A stretch of DNA of 64,000 nucleotides from Candidatus Algichlamydia australiensis (GCA_033977065.1 JAXCHI010000003.1:640001-704000), one strand, 5' to 3'; positions 21,290 to 31,440 are shown, counted from the first letter of the stretch. A program made the numbers and translations. Notes: generated from the sequence alone by a model not told the origin.

Positions 21290-24200
21290 ATGAAAACATA
21301 TTTTTTTTCTTTTCTCTGTTTTCTGACACTTCTTGCAAACGAGCAGGCTCCCCCCTCCATTCTTCCGGCCCTAGAAGGCGAGCCCGCTGCTAACGTAGAT
21401 TCATGCGTTTCAGCTATCTCTGGTGCCTTTTATGTTGCAGAAACAGATATTGTTGTTCCTGGTCGTCAGCCAATTGCGATCCAACGAATTTTAAAAGATG
21501 GGGAGTGGAAATTCTTTTTGCATTTGCATCTTTTGGAAAAGTATAAAGAGTGCTGCAATAGCAAAGGAAAAGATCGCAAGCGATATGTTTTGCAAGCCTG
21601 TGATCCAACAGGGACTCGCATTAAATACTATCCCAAACATCACAGCATAACAGATGTTTTTTACCCTAGTGAAAGCAGTTTTACAGCTTTTACAAATACT
21701 TCCAGAGGTGCTCTTGGCGGACGGACAAACCCACGAAATCGAAAGGTTACCTTTGATGCAAAGAATAGTATTTATGAACTTCATTTAGGAGATGGAACAC
21801 GGCGTTATTATGGTTTAGCTCCCAAGCGGAAGAGAGAGAAGCGGATTCGAAAAAAAGGGCGAAAATTTGTTCTAATTCGGGAGAGATTAGCGAATGGCAA
21901 TCAGATCAAGTACTGCTACGATTCAAAAAAGCGTCCCATAGAGATCCGCTCGACAAATCCAAGTGGGGATCAAGTCTATGCGTGGGTAAAAATCAAGTAC
22001 TACGGCACCCACAATCCAAGTTTTTTTGTCAGAACAAGTGACGAGCACTCTTACCTCTATCACTACAAGCGTGTTGAAAAAACAGAAAATTACTACCTGG
22101 ATCTTATTTTTAAGGATGGTGAAGAGAGAGAAAGGATCCAATACAAGGATCCTGAGAATTTGGTTATAAAAGGGCGCTCATTTGGGGGAGATCGGTTCGT
22201 TGGAGCCTCTTTTTATCCGCTAGCAGAAGAGACAGACGTCGATGGCAAGCGGGTGAAACTTAAGCCAAATGATCCGCGTACGGGTCGGGTAAAAGTGTTG
22301 CGCGCCCCTAATTATGGAAGCGGAAAACAGAGGATTGCAAAGAAGTTTTTCTACCACTTAACAAAAGAAAAAGATGAAGAGAAAAGAATTGATCGTACGG
22401 ATGTAAAAGATTTTTACGGTAATCGCGTTACCTACCATTACACCGATAAAATGGTCCTGACGGGCATGGACTATCACGATACAAGATATAAATATCTGCT
22501 CTTTGAAAGGTATTTTTTTGAAAAAGGATTCCTAAAGTCAAAACTTTACAAAGATGGAAAGTATAAAAATCAACTTGCGCGCGCCTATGTCTACGATGAG
22601 CAAGGAAACGTTTTAGAGGATCAGCTTTATGGGAACCTATCAGGAGAGTGTCAAATTCCTCTTGAGATGGAAAAAAAGATGCCACTTGAGAATGGCATAG
22701 AGTGCTTTAAGACTGCATATCAATACAATAAGCAAAATCTCATTCAAAAAAAGATCGAATCTCATGGACGCGAGATCCTCTATTATTACCTTCCTGATAC
22801 TGATTTGATTGTAGGGCAGCTTGTTACATTTGAAGGTGAGATCAAAAGAAGAAAAATTTTTAAATATGATGAAAACCATCTTCTTGTAGAAAGTTATGAA
22901 GATGATGGCAGCTCTTTTGAACTTGACTCAGTAGCAGGTGTGACGCAGAGATCCATCACTCGGTATCACTATTGGGATGAGGGGGAGGGGCTTCATCTAC
23001 CGAAAGAGATTGCAACGTGGTATTGGGAAAAAGGAGAAGAAACATTTTTAGGCAAGGTTGCATTCGCGTACAACCAGAGCTGTCAGGTAACAAAGAAGGA
23101 AACCTATGATGCGGAAGGAAAATTCTGCTTTGCCGAAGAGTTCAACTACGATCGTGATGGGAACCAGATATATAGAAAAGATCCTTTAGGTTATGAGATT
23201 CGAGCACGGTATGACAAGTATGGGAATAAGATTCGTGAGCGAGAGGTAGCAACAAATCTTGTAACTAAGTATCGCTATAACGCTCACAATCAATTAGTGG
23301 CCAAAGAAGAGGTGGCTCCTGGTACAGGTGAAGTGAAGGGGGAGTACTTCAAATACAACTGCTCTGGGTATTTGTACGAGAAGCGAGATGAGCTTCGCAA
23401 CGTGACAAGATTTGCTAATGATTTTTTTGGAAACGTGCGCAAGTGTACCTACCCAGGAGGAGAGATTACAGAAACAGCGGCATACAATTTTCAAAATAAG
23501 CCCATAGAAGAGATCGATGCGAATGGAAACTGTAAAAAAACAGCGTACAATGCACGTGGAAAACCTATTGCCATCACTCATCCTGACAACACAAGAGAGA
23601 CATTTACTTATTATCTACATGGGAAAGTAAAAACTTATACCGATCGGATGGGGCGCACTACGACAACAACGTATGATTATGATTTGCGACCTCTTGTAGT
23701 GGAAACAAGAAGTTTAAACGGGGAACTCTTAAGTAGAGAAGAGTCTATTTACGATGCGTTTCAACTTCTTTCAAAAACAAACCATGTAGGCCTTACAACT
23801 GAATATAGCTATGATGGTGCGGGGCGCAAAATAGAAGAGCGGTTTATTACTCCCGATGGAGAAATAGTAACAAAAACAGAATATGACTCGAGAAGCCGTC
23901 CCTTTAAAACTACCCTTGTAGCAGAGGACTCTGAAGCCCAAGTTACTATCAAAAAATACGATGATTTGGGCCGAGTGATTGAGGAGCGAGATGAAGATGC
24001 ACATGGGAAAGTATTTAAAAAAGCAGCTTATGTTTACGATTCTCATGGGAATAAGACACAAGTACTTCAATATATAAATGAGAACAGTGCAAAAGAGTGT
24101 TTTCAGTATGACGTTTTTGATCGGTTGATTACGCATACGAATAGCTTGGGATATGCGACTCACATACAGTATAAAAAAATTGTTCCAAATAAAAGAGATC

Positions 24201-26605
24201 CAATTACGTTACAAAAAATTACTACCGGAGTCTGTCCAGATACAGTTGAGACCTACGATCAGTTTGGAAGAGTTGCTTCGAAGGAAATTTCCAACGAAAA
24301 CGGAGAACGAATCTTCTACGAAGAGTATTACTATGATGGGAAGGGGCAACTTGTTGAGCAGTTTAGCCATGTTTGTCCGACAGATATCATAAAAGCAACT
24401 CTCTATGTTTACGATGCAGATGGGCAAATTGTGCGACTGGAGGAGGCGTCTGGTAGTGAAGAACAGAGGGTGACACACTACAGCTACAATCCAGACGGCA
24501 ATCGCCTCACCCTTCTGAAACCCGATGGGACATCCCTGTATTACACCTATGATGCTTGGGGAAGAGAAAAAAGTATCATCTCAAGTCACAAAGATATTCA
24601 CTATGAGTTAGAGTACGACCTTTACGGAAATCTGATTGAGGCAAAAGACTTAGTGCAAGGCACCTCTACTACACGACAAGTAAATGCTTTAGGATTTCTT
24701 CTCAGTGAAAAAGGGGCGCACGGTCATACGATTCGCTATGAAACAAATACCTTAGGCCAACGCAAGACTTTGCATTTACCGGATCACTCTGCAATCAAAT
24801 ACCGCCACGATGCTTTCCACATGCGGAAAATTTTACGCTACAATGCAGCCGGTAAGAAACTTTACACGCACAGATACGATGACTATAACCTTTCGGGAAG
24901 CCCCCAAAGTGAAAAACTTATCTGTAACCTAGGTGAAAGCATCCATCAGTTTGATCCTTTACGAAGGGAAGTTCAGCGGATATCCCCCTTTCATTACGAG
25001 CGCTACGAGCAATTTGACCCAAGCGGAAACTTGCTGGTGAAAACACTTTCACTAGATAAAAGGCAAGCCCTCTACACCTACGATCTCCTTAATCAACTTG
25101 TAGAAGAGCAAGGGCCCTGGGAACACACCTACACATGTGATTCGCATAATAATCGTATTGAAAAAGATGACAGCGACTATGAAACAGATCAGCTTAACCA
25201 GCTCCACGCTACCGCTACAGCAGCCTACACCTACGACGCCAACGGCAATCCAATTTCAAAAAATGGAATTACCTTTGAATATGATAGTTTAGACCGCTTG
25301 ACTCGAGTTACGACTCCCACAGAAATCTATAATTATACCTACGATTATTTTCATAGACGTCTCATCAAAAACACTACCCATTACCTCTTTGATGGGGATA
25401 ATGAAATAGGATCTATACAAGATGGAGAAATTCAAGAGCTCCGTATTTTAGGGTTGGGCCGTGGAGCTGAAATCGGTGCTGCCATTGCTATTGAGTTAGG
25501 ACAAAATGTTTATCTGCCCCTTCACTCGATCCGAGGGGATCTAATCGCTCTTGTCGATCCTAAAACTAAACAAATTGTCACAACCATCAGCTACAGCGCT
25601 TTTGGAGAACATCTCCAAAAAGGGGAGGTCAACTCGCCTTGGCTTTTTCAATCTAAGCGCCTCGATCCTGAAACAGGATTTTTCTATTTTGGACGTCGAT
25701 TTTACGAACCAGAAACAGGGCGCTTTATCACACCTGATCCCAAGGGATTTACCGACATTCCCAACCTCTACCACTACGTTCTCAACAATCCACTGATCCT
25801 CATGGACCTCTATGGACTCGAAGTCTCTTACGAGTCCATAGAGGCATACAACGATTTCAGAAACCTTAAATATCAAATCATCCCTTATGTAGATCTTCGG
25901 CACCCAGCTCCACTCAATGAATTTGGGGATCCGCTCATTACAAAAATGGATTGGGAAACGAGCCTACCTGCTTCCCAGAGATCAAATATCTACTCCCTAA
26001 ATAGACCGGAGTTGCCAGGAGGGGATGACTACACAACATTCAACAATGGCATCTTGACAGATCGCAATGGGGCAGAGGGTCACGCAAAGCATATCGCAAA
26101 TTTTAACGATGATTATAATGTGCGATTTGTACACAATGCTTCACAGGGCGGATTAAAGGATGCACGTGAAGCGCGATTAAATTTATATTTAAAGGCAACA
26201 GAGCCTGTATATAAGGTAGTAGATATGTGGAGAGGTATATTCACAGAAAATCCAAGTGCACAAATTTTGCATTTTACCCACAGTCAAGGAGCGATACACA
26301 CAACCATGGCACTGATCCTTTCTCCTGCAGAATGGCGAAAGAGAATCACTGTTGTAGGAATTGCTCCCGCACTTCCTGTGTCAAAAGACTTGTGTAAAAG
26401 AGCAGTAAACTATCGCTCAAGAGATTTTGTTCCTTGGTTAGGTCAAAAAGGCTTTGGATACAAATTACCATACAAAAAAGGAGTGATGGAAATTTTGAGG
26501 CCTCATGCAGACGCTCCCATGCACGATCATAGCTTTCAAAGCCCAACCTTTAGAAATGTTATAAAGTCGGAGATTGAAAATAGAAATAGGAGGATTTTAT
26601 CATGA
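21290..26605 (+). CDS. RHS/YD-repeat protein with signal peptide and C-terminal alpha/beta-hydrolase-like domain
   Basis: YD repeats; RHS core DPETGFFYFGRRFYEPETGRFITPDP...NNPLILMDLYGL; tip contains THSQGA and HDH. Confidence 0.93.
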   Translation: MKTYFFSFLCFLTLLANEQAPPSILPALEGEPAANVDSCVSAISGAFYVAETDIVVPGRQPIAIQRILKDGEWKFFLHLHLLEKYKECCNSKGKDRKRYVLQACDPTGTRIKYYPKHHSITDVFYPSESSFTAFTNTSRGALGGRTNPRNRKVTFDAKNSIYELHLGDGTRRYYGLAPKRKREKRIRKKGRKFVLIRERLANGNQIKYCYDSKKRPIEIRSTNPSGDQVYAWVKIKYYGTHNPSFFVRTSDEHSYLYHYKRVEKTENYYLDLIFKDGEERERIQYKDPENLVIKGRSFGGDRFVGASFYPLAEETDVDGKRVKLKPNDPRTGRVKVLRAPNYGSGKQRIAKKFFYHLTKEKDEEKRIDRTDVKDFYGNRVTYHYTDKMVLTGMDYHDTRYKYLLFERYFFEKGFLKSKLYKDGKYKNQLARAYVYDEQGNVLEDQLYGNLSGECQIPLEMEKKMPLENGIECFKTAYQYNKQNLIQKKIESHGREILYYYLPDTDLIVGQLVTFEGEIKRRKIFKYDENHLLVESYEDDGSSFELDSVAGVTQRSITRYHYWDEGEGLHLPKEIATWYWEKGEETFLGKVAFAYNQSCQVTKKETYDAEGKFCFAEEFNYDRDGNQIYRKDPLGYEIRARYDKYGNKIREREVATNLVTKYRYNAHNQLVAKEEVAPGTGEVKGEYFKYNCSGYLYEKRDELRNVTRFANDFFGNVRKCTYPGGEITETAAYNFQNKPIEEIDANGNCKKTAYNARGKPIAITHPDNTRETFTYYLHGKVKTYTDRMGRTTTTTYDYDLRPLVVETRSLNGELLSREESIYDAFQLLSKTNHVGLTTEYSYDGAGRKIEERFITPDGEIVTKTEYDSRSRPFKTTLVAEDSEAQVTIKKYDDLGRVIEERDEDAHGKVFKKAAYVYDSHGNKTQVLQYINENSAKECFQYDVFDRLITHTNSLGYATHIQYKKIVPNKRDPITLQKITTGVCPDTVETYDQFGRVASKEISNENGERIFYEEYYYDGKGQLVEQFSHVCPTDIIKATLYVYDADGQIVRLEEASGSEEQRVTHYSYNPDGNRLTLLKPDGTSLYYTYDAWGREKSIISSHKDIHYELEYDLYGNLIEAKDLVQGTSTTRQVNALGFLLSEKGAHGHTIRYETNTLGQRKTLHLPDHSAIKYRHDAFHMRKILRYNAAGKKLYTHRYDDYNLSGSPQSEKLICNLGESIHQFDPLRREVQRISPFHYERYEQFDPSGNLLVKTLSLDKRQALYTYDLLNQLVEEQGPWEHTYTCDSHNNRIEKDDSDYETDQLNQLHATATAAYTYDANGNPISKNGITFEYDSLDRLTRVTTPTEIYNYTYDYFHRRLIKNTTHYLFDGDNEIGSIQDGEIQELRILGLGRGAEIGAAIAIELGQNVYLPLHSIRGDLIALVDPKTKQIVTTISYSAFGEHLQKGEVNSPWLFQSKRLDPETGFFYFGRRFYEPETGRFITPDPKGFTDIPNLYHYVLNNPLILMDLYGLEVSYESIEAYNDFRNLKYQIIPYVDLRHPAPLNEFGDPLITKMDWETSLPASQRSNIYSLNRPELPGGDDYTTFNNGILTDRNGAEGHAKHIANFNDDYNVRFVHNASQGGLKDAREARLNLYLKATEPVYKVVDMWRGIFTENPSAQILHFTHSQGAIHTTMALILSPAEWRKRITVVGIAPALPVSKDLCKRAVNYRSRDFVPWLGQKGFGYKLPYKKGVMEILRPHADAPMHDHSFQSPTFRNVIKSEIENRNRRILS

Positions 26606-27105
26606 AAAAAGTTTTGTTTTTATTACTTTCAATAGTGCTATTCTCATTTTATAAACCTTCTGTTCATGTCCAAATGGCCAATGAAATAATTGCGACCACT
26701 GCTCTCGAAATACAAAAAGAAACCCCCTTATATTTCTTTGGTGAGGGTGGAATGATGATGGATAACATTAAAGAGATAGAGATGTCTTTCCAAAAAATGG
26801 GGGAAATTTCTATTGAGCAAAGTAGAAGCTTAGTCATTCAATGTGCCAAATTATTATTAAATAATATAAATGAAAACGACCAAATACGTCCGCATTTAAT
26901 TTCATATCCATTTACTTCCGAAAATATTGCTTTATCGATATTTATATATAATAAACGAGGTGGTGATGTAGATTCTAAAAATCTATGTTTAGTGAGTCTC
27001 CGGAATGGAAAAATAAGATATTTGCGAGATTCGATACCACGTTTTGAAGAAGTTCACAGTGAAAGTTATGAAGAGGCCAAAGCAATTTTAGAGGCTTCTA
27101 AATAG
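26602..27105 (+). CDS. Exported protein, putative cognate immunity protein of the RHS tip
   Basis: ATGA overlap with RHS stop, signal peptide, AT-rich. Confidence 0.65.
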   Translation: MKKVLFLLLSIVLFSFYKPSVHVQMANEIIATTALEIQKETPLYFFGEGGMMMDNIKEIEMSFQKMGEISIEQSRSLVIQCAKLLLNNINENDQIRPHLISYPFTSENIALSIFIYNKRGGDVDSKNLCLVSLRNGKIRYLRDSIPRFEEVHSESYEEAKAILEASK

Positions 27106-27127
27106 AGAGAATTTATTAGAAAAGTTT

Positions 27128-27292
27128 TAGATAGCGTCGTCAAAAGCATACAACCATCTTATTTTTCATGTTTGGGCTCCATCTTTGTGCTCAAATGAAG
27201 CGGAATTTACAAATTCAGCTTCAATTTCCGCACAAAAATAAGCTGCAAACATGAAAAATAATCTGATTATAGCCTTTTGACGACACTATCTA
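27128..27292 (+). mobile_element. Palindromic element family B, copy 3
   Basis: 165 bp, about 2 mismatches to copy 1; TA flanks. Confidence 0.95.
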
Positions 27293-27328
27293 ATTTTTGT
27301 GAAAAGAAATTTGACTCCCTCTTAACCA

Positions 27329-27357
27329 TTGTCAAGAAGGATTTTCCTTAGTAGAAT
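27329..27357 (+). promoter_or_regulatory. Sigma66-type promoter for tRNA-Arg(TCT)
   Basis: TTGTCA-N17-TAGAAT. Confidence 0.65.
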
Positions 27358-27365
27358 GAGAGAAC

Positions 27366-27527
27366 AGGGGCATTGAATAACTGCTCTTTCAGGGAAGGGT
27401 TCAAAAATTGAGATGAAATTTGTTTTGGAGCACAGAGCTAACTTGATTAAAGTTAGCGAGTACGAAAAACAAACTTGAGCCAATTTTTGCATCCTTATCA
27501 GGAGGTCTGAGTTGTTCAGCGACTCCT
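27366..27527. repeat. Palindromic element family D (about 162 bp) in the tRNA-Arg leader
   Basis: AGGGGCATTGAATAACT...GCTAACTT/AAGTTAGC...AGTTGTTCAGCGACTCCT; related to 59091-59189. Confidence 0.82.
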
Positions 27528-27532
27528 TTAGT

Positions 27533-27606
27533 GGATTGGTAGCTCAGTTGGATAGAGCATCCGCCTTCTAAGCGGACGGTCGCAGGTTCGAGTCCTGCCC
27601 AATCCG
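27533..27606 (+). tRNA. tRNA-Arg(TCT)
   Basis: GGATTGGTAGCTCAGTTGGATAGAGCATCCGCCTTCTAAGCGGACGGTCGCAGGTTCGAGTCCTGCCCAATCCG. Confidence 0.97.
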
Positions 27607-27610
27607 TTAC

Positions 27611-27639
27611 GGAGCGACAGGTGTCGCTCCAAATTTTTT
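27611..27639 (+). terminator. Stem-loop after tRNA-Arg
   Basis: GGAGCGAC-AGGT-GTCGCTCC followed by AAATTTTTT. Confidence 0.55.
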
Positions 27640-27643
27640 AGTT

Positions 27644-30241
27644 ATGTACTTAGGCGAATACGCGTTTGAAAAAAAGTCTTTCCCAAATTTAGTAGATGTT
27701 TTTGCTGAGTTTAAGGGGCCGAAATTTGAAAAGCTCAATGAGCACATGCGGCGCTGTGCTGTTTCTCGCGCGCTTTGCCACTTGATTGAAGAGCAGGAAG
27801 AACCCTGCTTTTTGCTTCCCCATGTCATCGATTTCATTTCAAAGCTCCACGAGGAAAAAATTATTGGGTATTATACCTTCTCTAGTTTTGAACTCTGGTT
27901 GAATCAGTACTCTTCTTTGAGTGACGAAGAGAATTATCATGTGAGGGCAAAGATTGTAGGTGCGCGAGTACCCCGTGATGCTTATCAAGTTTACTTTCCT
28001 ATTGGTATGGGCAAGCGCTATGAAGGCTCCCATTTTGTCACGGCTCATAGCTCTCCCGATTTGGATACGACCGTTGCCTCTTTTTGGGGATGGGTCGATG
28101 CGTTTGGTGCAAGGGTTGGAAAGGGTTTGCATATTTGGAATGTTCCTGGCGGACCACCTGGAAATCAGATTGAAATTGGGATGCTTTTTTACGATTTGCT
28201 TGGCAAGGGAATTTTCTCTAACTTAGCCAAGGGTCGCTCGCGTCTAACGCTTTCAAGCTATGATTTAATGACCCAAGAGGGGCTAATTAAGAAATTGCCA
28301 CAGGAACCGGCACTCAGTCTTGACCACGAGAGAAATTTAAATGCGATTGTTTTGATCGATAAAGAGGGCTACTTTTTAGGGGATTGGCGCTATTTTGATG
28401 TGGAGGGTGTCCGTCAGGTTGTTACAGCTCTTGAAAATTGCTTGCGCTGGATCGAAAATGACATGCACTCGCGTATCATTACTTTTTTTGCCAAAAAGGA
28501 GTTAAAGAGAGAAGAGGTCCCGCCATTTGCAGAGTCCCTCATGTATGAGGAGATCAAGTCTTCTGAGCCGGGCCGCGATTTGACGCTCCGCCAGCAAAAA
28601 CTCTTGCAGCTCTACTTAGAAAAAGTTCTTCGTGTTGCTAGCGGTTTCAATTGCACATTCTTAGAGCTTGTTGATGCAATGGAGAGCGCTTCGATCGCAG
28701 ATTTCTCTAATTTCAAAAGGTATCTCAAGGAGCTAGAGACAAAGGGCTTTTTTGACTCTTCAGGCGCATTGATTGAAGATCGCCCCAAGCTCTTCTCGCA
28801 TATTGAAAAAATTATGAGCGCTCTTTCGGATGGGTTTCGCGAGATTCGTCTTTATGTTGAGCAATTGGAAATTGCGCTAAAAATTAAATCTAATGTTTTT
28901 GGTTACGCTCCGCAATATCTTGGTTACAGGGCAGATATTGAAGAGGTCAAAACAAAAATGGGCTCCTATCCTTATCTGACGGTAACATACCCAGATCCGT
29001 CTGGAAAAAAGATTCCTGTGGGGGTTGTTCACGCATCGAGTTTGCAAAAGCCAACTTTAGGGACTGTAACACTGCGCGATTTTTCAAACAGAGAAGAGAC
29101 TAAGGTACCCTCATTTTTAGAGGTGATCAGTGTCATCGACCATCACAAGAGCAACTTTTCAACTCAAGTACCTGCCACAATTATTGTAAGCGATGCGCAA
29201 TCGGCAAATGCACTTGTTGCTCAAGCAAGTTTTACAATTCATGATCGTTACTCCTCTTTTGGTTTTGATTCGAAAGCAGTTGATGCGCAAATTAACGAGT
29301 TACAGGGCAAAAAAGACCGAGAATCTCTACGCCTTCTGCAAAGGCTCTTACAACGTCAAGGCGTATCAGAAGAATATTATATCGCTAAAGATCGTCAGTT
29401 TATGGAGTATTTGCACTATCTCTTTGCGATTTTAGATGATACTGATCTTTTGACAAAACTCTCCTACCGCGATGTCTATACTGTTGCTTCTTTGGTCAAT
29501 CGTATGAAGTCGATTATCGAGGGCAAAGAGGTCGAGCTCATACACTTTGATGATATTCCTCAAGACCAAAAATTTGTGAAAAAGGCTGCAAAGCGTCTTC
29601 TGCAGTGTCACGATCTCCACTCTTTATATGCTAAAGTCTACGTGGCTCGCGAAAATGCTGTAGATGAGGAGATTGAAAAAGCTGCGAAGGGGGAAGAGAC
29701 GGGCTTTTATCTCGACACTAAGATTCAAAATAATTGCGTACGCGTGGGGCAGAGTAAACTTTTTCGCAAAAATTTGCCCTGTTTCAGCAAGCATGTTGAA
29801 GCCCTTCAAAAGCGCTGGTATGAGGAGAGTTTAGCTGCTTTTGAGAAAAAAGATGAACTGGATCTACATCTTCATATGATTTCTACGATTGCTTCTGCAG
29901 AGGAGCTTGTTAGTGGCAATGAAACAAGGTATGAGCATAAAGATGAGCTTTGGATTTTTATACCCAAAACAGATCTTGGTACAGAGCATTTGCGCCTCTT
30001 TCTAAGCGCTTTTCAAAATTCTCCCCAGATTGCGCATGCTGAGGTAGAAGGGGAGTTTGTGGGGGAAAACGCGGAAGAGCTTGCTACAATATTCAAAGAG
30101 AGTTTTCGCAATATTCCCATGAAAGTTGCAGAAAAGCCGCAAGGGCCTCCGATTGCAATTTTGCGTTATCCAGCAGGGACGATCAACTCACGCAAGAGCA
30201 TGATCACGCCCTACCTTCCTACTCATCACATCGCTAACTAA
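27644..30241 (+). CDS. Large DHH-superfamily protein (family II pyrophosphatase PpaC-like motifs)
   Basis: AHSSPDLDTTVAS, VIDHH, AILDDT resemble PpaC motifs; 865 aa. Confidence 0.6.
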   Translation: MYLGEYAFEKKSFPNLVDVFAEFKGPKFEKLNEHMRRCAVSRALCHLIEEQEEPCFLLPHVIDFISKLHEEKIIGYYTFSSFELWLNQYSSLSDEENYHVRAKIVGARVPRDAYQVYFPIGMGKRYEGSHFVTAHSSPDLDTTVASFWGWVDAFGARVGKGLHIWNVPGGPPGNQIEIGMLFYDLLGKGIFSNLAKGRSRLTLSSYDLMTQEGLIKKLPQEPALSLDHERNLNAIVLIDKEGYFLGDWRYFDVEGVRQVVTALENCLRWIENDMHSRIITFFAKKELKREEVPPFAESLMYEEIKSSEPGRDLTLRQQKLLQLYLEKVLRVASGFNCTFLELVDAMESASIADFSNFKRYLKELETKGFFDSSGALIEDRPKLFSHIEKIMSALSDGFREIRLYVEQLEIALKIKSNVFGYAPQYLGYRADIEEVKTKMGSYPYLTVTYPDPSGKKIPVGVVHASSLQKPTLGTVTLRDFSNREETKVPSFLEVISVIDHHKSNFSTQVPATIIVSDAQSANALVAQASFTIHDRYSSFGFDSKAVDAQINELQGKKDRESLRLLQRLLQRQGVSEEYYIAKDRQFMEYLHYLFAILDDTDLLTKLSYRDVYTVASLVNRMKSIIEGKEVELIHFDDIPQDQKFVKKAAKRLLQCHDLHSLYAKVYVARENAVDEEIEKAAKGEETGFYLDTKIQNNCVRVGQSKLFRKNLPCFSKHVEALQKRWYEESLAAFEKKDELDLHLHMISTIASAEELVSGNETRYEHKDELWIFIPKTDLGTEHLRLFLSAFQNSPQIAHAEVEGEFVGENAEELATIFKESFRNIPMKVAEKPQGPPIAILRYPAGTINSRKSMITPYLPTHHIAN

Positions 30242-30518
30242 TTGTTTCTGTTGAAGCGGCAGCCTCTTCAGATGGAGTCTCTTCTTCTTTTTCAAGAATT
30301 TCTAAATTGACTCGTACACCAGCGCGTGAAGCGACAGACATCAGAAGGGTGCGAATCGCATTGATTGTCTTCCCTTTCTTTCCAATGATTTTTCCAATGT
30401 CTGCTTTTTCAACGCTGAGCTCGATGATCTTGGTTTGAGAGCCACCAATTTCATTGATTTTGACACTGTCTGGATTGTCGACTAAATTTTTAATGATGTA
30501 TTCAACAAATTCTTTCAT
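30234..30518 (-). CDS. khpA: KH-domain RNA-binding protein (KhpA/YlqC)
   Basis: LVDNPD, DIGKIIGKKGKTINAIRTL. Confidence 0.9.
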   Translation of the reverse strand: MKEFVEYIIKNLVDNPDSVKINEIGGSQTKIIELSVEKADIGKIIGKKGKTINAIRTLLMSVASRAGVRVNLEILEKEEETPSEEAAASTETIS

Positions 30519-30531
30519 AGCTCGATACCTG

Positions 30532-31440
30532 TTAATCGTAGTAAGTGTTTATTATACTTGAAGATTTAATTTTAGGGAACTCCGAACTAGCTTCCAGCGA
30601 GATTTTTTCTCCTGTAAAGGGGTGGATGAAAGTGAGCCTGTGAGCGTGCAGCATCATTCTTGGAGCCTCATGCTTGGTATTCATTTTTTCAAATCCGTAG
30701 GTGCGATCTCCGAAAACGGGTGTACCAAGGCTCTGCAAATGGACGCGAATTTGGTGTGTGCGTCCTGTTTTTGGTTTTAAGCGAACAAGAGAAAAAGGCT
30801 CTTCAAATGAGAGGGTCTCAAACTCGGTTATTGCCTCTTTTCCTTTTTCTGTAATCGCCATCTCTTTACGGCGCAAGTGGTGGCGGCCGATTGGCTTATC
30901 AATTACCCCCGCTCCAGGATTGCCCACGCAGATGGCAAGGTACTCTTTTTGCATCTCTCTTTTTGCAAAAAGCTCGGTCAGTTTCTCATGTGCAATCCTT
31001 GTTTTAGCTGCAAGAAGTACTCCTGAAGTATCTTTATCTAAACGATGCACGATACCAGGGCGGTGCTCTTCTCCAACTTCAGAAATATTTTTGCAGTGAT
31101 AGAGCAGAGCATTGACAAAAGTGCCAGTTGGGTGACCTGGTGCAGGATGCACGACCATCCCAGCTGGTTTATGAACAGCGATGAGGTGCTCATCTTCAAA
31201 TAAAATGTTAAGAGGGATATTTTCTGGAACAAGCGCTATCTCTTCGACAGGGGGGAAGCGAACAGCAATTAAATCTCCGATTTGAGGAATGGTGCGCTTT
31301 TTTGCGATCTCTCCATTTAAAGTTACCCCACCATTAATAATAATTTCTTGAAAATAGGTGCGCGAACGTTCTGGGTAGCGTGAGACGAGAAGTAGGTCAA
31401 GTCGCAGAGGTGCTTCAACGGTGAAAGTTTCGCTATCCAT
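30532..31440 (-). CDS. rluD: RluA/RluD-family pseudouridine synthase
   Basis: S4 domain, KPAGMVVHP, IVHRLDKDTSG, TGRTHQIRVH. Confidence 0.9.
   Translation of the reverse strand: MDSETFTVEAPLRLDLLLVSRYPERSRTYFQEIIINGGVTLNGEIAKKRTIPQIGDLIAVRFPPVEEIALVPENIPLNILFEDEHLIAVHKPAGMVVHPAPGHPTGTFVNALLYHCKNISEVGEEHRPGIVHRLDKDTSGVLLAAKTRIAHEKLTELFAKREMQKEYLAICVGNPGAGVIDKPIGRHHLRRKEMAITEKGKEAITEFETLSFEEPFSLVRLKPKTGRTHQIRVHLQSLGTPVFGDRTYGFEKMNTKHEAPRMMLHAHRLTFIHPFTGEKISLEASSEFPKIKSSSIINTYYD

Noticed and set aside
21290..27606. tRNA-anchored integrative island carrying the RHS locus
   Set aside because: No integrase and no duplicated tRNA 3' end seen; the RHS lies 5' of the tRNA.
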